From Thalia democratica (taxonomy: Eukaryota), in the NCBI GenBank assembly GCA_965202585.1, contig OZ241829.1:9796001-9860000 (forward strand): a stretch of DNA of 64,000 bases, given 5' to 3'. Both the position numbers and the translations under genes were made by a program. This document shows, piece by piece, positions 59,603 to 64,000 of the stretch. Numbering within the stretch: the first letter of the stretch is position 1; each line of letters begins with the position of its first letter. The notes below the pieces were generated by a model, which ran no database searches, was not told the DNA's origin, and saw nothing but the letters and a program-made list of their open reading frames with translations.

Positions 59603-62600
59603 TATTAATTTTACAAAAGTCTTAAAAAAAAGCCTTAATTTGCTAAATGTATACTTTTGAACAAAAACTTTTTGTGTATTTGTATTAAATTTGTTTATTT
59701 TTAACTGTAATTATATAATTTAGTTTCAAAAGTTTTTAAAATACTCTGCACAGTATATTACTAAAAAAACAATAAATCAAATCCTGTTATTTAAACATTT
59801 ACTCAAAATTACCTATGAAATTAAAAAAATATATTTTATACTAACTAAAACTTTATAAATGTAAAAAAAGGTTATATATTCACATTTATTCTTTATGGTG
59901 TTTTTCATATGAACAAAATTGAATACTCTATTTTAATATACATTTATGAAAAAATTTTAGAGTAAGAAGTACGAGTTTTTTATTTTCATAGGTGATTATT
60001 AGTACATATATGAAAAACAGGTTTACACAATTAAGAATTAATAAGTTTACTTTTAAAAATTTTTTACTTTTTTGAAAATAAAAGTAAAAGTTTGTATTTT
60101 AAGAACAAACTATTTCCACATAAAATGAAGTTTTATTAAGCTGTTCGTGTTTTTTACGTACAAAAAACAATTCGATAAACAAAAAACTTTTTTAAATACA
60201 CTTTAAAACCTTTTATAAAAAATTTAGTTTTGTATAAAAGTAGAATGAAACAACTGAAAACTTAAGCTTTTTTAAACAAGAATGCATTTTCATTTTAAAG
60301 TTATTTGTTTATTAATCCACCTAAACACATATAAGTAGTTGATTTTAATTATATAAGAAAGTATTACCTACTAATAGCTATTATATACTAATTTTTAGTT
60401 GAATTTAAAAAACACAAGTTATTAAGTAAATTAAACAAGTTAGTTCTTAAAGTTATAAATTTAATACTAGCTGAAGCTTAAATTTTGCTTAGATAATGGA
60501 AAATTTTATGAACAAATTGCAATAAAAAAGTTAAAATTTATGTTATTTTTGTTGATAAAACAAATTTTATTTCTTTATTAACACAAAGCTAAAAGAAAAA
60601 ATAAAACAATAACTAAAGTTAAAGTAATTTTAAGTACTCTGTTTTTTGACAAAACTGATATACTTTTTAGCCTTTATTCGTCGAAAAACTATTGATCAAT
60701 CTTTCTTCACTTTCTTTTGCTAGATTTAAATTTTTAAATAAAATAAATAAAGAGTAATAAAAAACTTTAAGTCATTAGAAAATGTTTTTAGAAATTAAAA
60801 AATCTATAAAACCAACGTATAAAAAACTGAACAAACAATACTTAACTTTGCTTTATATATACCACAAAATTACTTTTTGAATCAAAACTTGAAGGACACT
60901 ACAAAAGTCAGTTGGTTATAAAAAAAATAATGTTTTTTATTTTTTTTCTATAACGAGAGAGTGGAAAGTTACTAAATAAATTTACAATTCTTAGAATTAC
61001 AGTGAAGTTGCAAAACTATCGAAAGATAAGAAATTCTAAGCAAAAACACGACTGATAAAACGATTAATATAGAAAATAGATAAAGCATACTTTATATTCA
61101 CACAAAATGCACAACAAAATATTTACAAAGATAAAAGAACAAAGCTTATAAAATATCCGAAACTATAAAGTTTATACATGCTTGCACAGAAATATTCAGT
61201 AAACAATTATCGATGTTTATTAGCGTTAATATACTCTTAAGTAGATCGTTTTTTTTCAATAACGTTATAACTAAACTTGTAGGATTTTTTTATTTGTTTT
61301 TACTGAGCACTATTTCAAGTTTATTTGTTATTAGTTTTAAGAGATATATCGCAACTAATTTCTTAAGTTTGATCAATATTTTTTATACGAATACTTTATT
61401 GTCATTGTACGAATTTATGCTAAATTAAGTTTCAGAATTTCAAACTGAAATGAAAAATAAAAATCTAAGGTACTAAGTCTAACATTTAAGATTTTAAGTT
61501 ATTATGATGATTTTCCACTTTATTGATAAAACGAAAAAAAAATTGTTTATAAAAGTCTAATTTAGTTTTTAAACTGTTTAAAAAAAGATTTATTAAACCT
61601 ACAAAAACTCGATAGTTATACTCAGCTATGTAAGTAGTAAAAAGCGGTAAAAACACTGCTTGTTTACAACTGAATCATTGCAACTAAAATTATATTAAGT
61701 AGCTTGTTTTGTAAATAAAACTATACACTTTCAAAACTACACAGGCTTGTAAAATAAGTTTGAAACAATTTAATTTGATTATCAAAAATTTCATTTTACT
61801 TAACTATAAATTAGTTAACAATAATAATTTATAATACTTAATAAAAATTTAACAACAAACCAATTTTTTCATAAACTCGAAGTTATAATAATTTATTTTT
61901 TCTAACTTATAATTTAGACTGTTTTCAATAGTGTTAAACTGTTTATAAAAACAGCTGTTGCTTATATAGATAACACTGTTTTACTGCATAAAAACTAATT
62001 AAAATCAATCATACTAAGAATCAGAGACACAGTAAAAAACCTTTTCTAAAAGTAATAACATGCCAAAACAATTTTTCTAGCAATTTTCTCTGAACTGTTT
62101 TATAAGGTCGGAAAAAGGACTTTTCAATCTAGTTTTAAACCACAGTAACGTTTGTAATTTGTTTTGTTCGAAAACTTGATAAACTATAAAAACATTAGTT
62201 AAGAAGATTTTATTTTCTTACTGTTTGTGTAGAATAAACATTCTTTAGATTATAAAATGTTTCAAAAATAAAATGTTTTTAAAAGTATATGAAAATTTCT
62301 TTTATTTTTTGTTATAGTTTCTTTAATGTCGAACATAAGTGTTGAAATACTTACAACGCTTATATTTAACCCTTGATCTTTTTCACAGGTTAGCAACGAA
62401 CTGTTCTATTAATATAATTTAAAAAATATTTTATAGTAGGTATATTTTTTATCGTAAAACTAAAACAATTTTATTTTAAAGATAGTTTTTGAAGCTTAAT
62501 CAAAAATAAAATTATTCTATCAAAGCAAAAGTGAAATTTTTTAAAGTGTTTCTTTTAATGAAAATACTTAAGTCGAACAAATTTAATTTTATTTGCTTCT

Positions 62601-64000
62601 TAGATATCTATTTAAAACACTTAAAGTATACATAATATTTATTAATCGAAGTTTATGCATTTTACAACTTACTTTTTAACTACAGTTACTACTCATTGTT
62701 TAAATATATTTAATTATAACCTTATTACTGCTACTATTACGTTAAGACTTTTAGATACTGGTATCAACAGTATATTTTAACTTTTAAAAAGCTCAATAGT
62801 TTAAAAAAAGTTTTATTTTCATGCTAACAAAAGTGAGTCTAAAAAGTGCAAGAGCTTGTTACAATGGAAACAAAGTTGCTATTATATGAGTTTTAATTTG
62901 TTTGAGATTGTAAATACTTGTTTTCCTAAAATTAGATCATAATGCAAGTAGTGCTGAAGGGTTAAGTGAATAAAAAATGTTGTACTGGTAGATAAAAGAA
63001 AGCTTGATTAATAACAGAATCGATTTAAACACAATTTTACTTGAGCAAAAAGTAGAAATAAGGCTTATCAAGACACAGGTTATAACTGTTTTATTGTAAT
63101 TTTCAAGCTAATTAGATAGATTCCGAGAAAACTAAACTAATTAGTTATGTATTTTATACGGTTTTAATTTAAGTATAAAATAAACAGCTTGATTAGAATT
63201 TACTATAAAAATATACAAACATATCAACTATATTTAAAGTTAACTTAATTTTTAGAATGACTTTATTAGTGTTCAAAGTTTTGCTAAAAATTAAGAAAAT
63301 ATTTTTTTTTTAATTGTTGCTAAACTTCTAACCAAAACATTTTTAATTAAATGTAAGTTTTGCCAATAAGCAATTCATTTTTTTAAAACTTTAACTTTTT
63401 TAAATTTTAGAACATTTTGTCTTAAAAATAAAAAAAAAGCATTTAAAAATTTTTAAAAGAAATAAAAGCAGTAAACATTTCAAAATAAATTAAAAAAACT
63501 TCACCTTAGATTGTAAAAACAAATAGGTATGTATGTAAGTCTCATAACACTTAAATATTGTTTAAATTTTTCTTGTATTATTAGTATTAATAGACTTATA
63601 AAATGTATTATTTTAAACATTTAAATTAATTGATTTCTGATGTGAAAGAAAAATATTGCTTTAAATTTTGACAAAAAAATCTCTAGCGTAATTATTTCAT
63701 ATTTGTTAATTCGGCACCAAATTGATTTTCGTCTACTTTTAATTAATAAGAAATTAAAACTAATCATCAATTTTGTAGTACAAATACAAAGCTTAAGAGT
63801 TTAATTTAAAAACAAAACGGTTTCTTATACTAATAAAAAATAATTTGAATTAATAATTTATAACACATCATTTTAACTCATTTTTATACTTTTATTGCTA
63901 CATACAAAGTTTATTGTTTTGAATTTACTTTAATAATTTTTCGATACGCACTACTTTTGTTTTATTAATTTTGTTCGTTGTTATTTGTGTTTAAAATTTG

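Noticed and set aside
22849-61428. Remaining 60-80 aa AT-rich ORFs (22849, 27028, 29178, 33805, 42409, 43375, 56428, 57609, 61213)
   Set aside because: Background composition, mostly non-ATG starts and F/L/I/K/N-rich translations expected by chance.

Overview
AT-rich animal genomic DNA (spliceosomal introns, a fibrinogen-domain gene and a Penelope-like element point to an invertebrate; the taxon cannot be fixed from sequence). Contents: (1) a 19-exon, 5'-incomplete MTR4/SKIV2L2 RNA helicase gene on + (915-16647), with several MITEs in its introns; (2) a gene-poor stretch (17-48 kb) with three intronless GC-rich orphan ORFs and one probable pseudogene, each with a splice-acceptor-like AG 13-24 nt upstream of the ATG; (3) a near-intact Penelope-like retroelement (48382-51202; RT + GIY-YIG) with a minimal hammerhead ribozyme; (4) an 8-exon type II membrane fibrinogen-related gene on - (59602-57211). 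The most unusual signal is that the MTR4 exon edges are systematically echoed. At least 25 decayed 15-80 nt copies of acceptor+exon-start lie upstream of exons, and copies of exon-end+donor (and of the stop codon) lie downstream, often as ladders; the differences from the exon are enriched at synonymous positions. A similar junction-spanning duplication appears to have created a 42-nt exon in the fibrinogen gene. All alignments and translations were done by eye; no database searches were run. No tRNA, rRNA or CRISPR array was seen.
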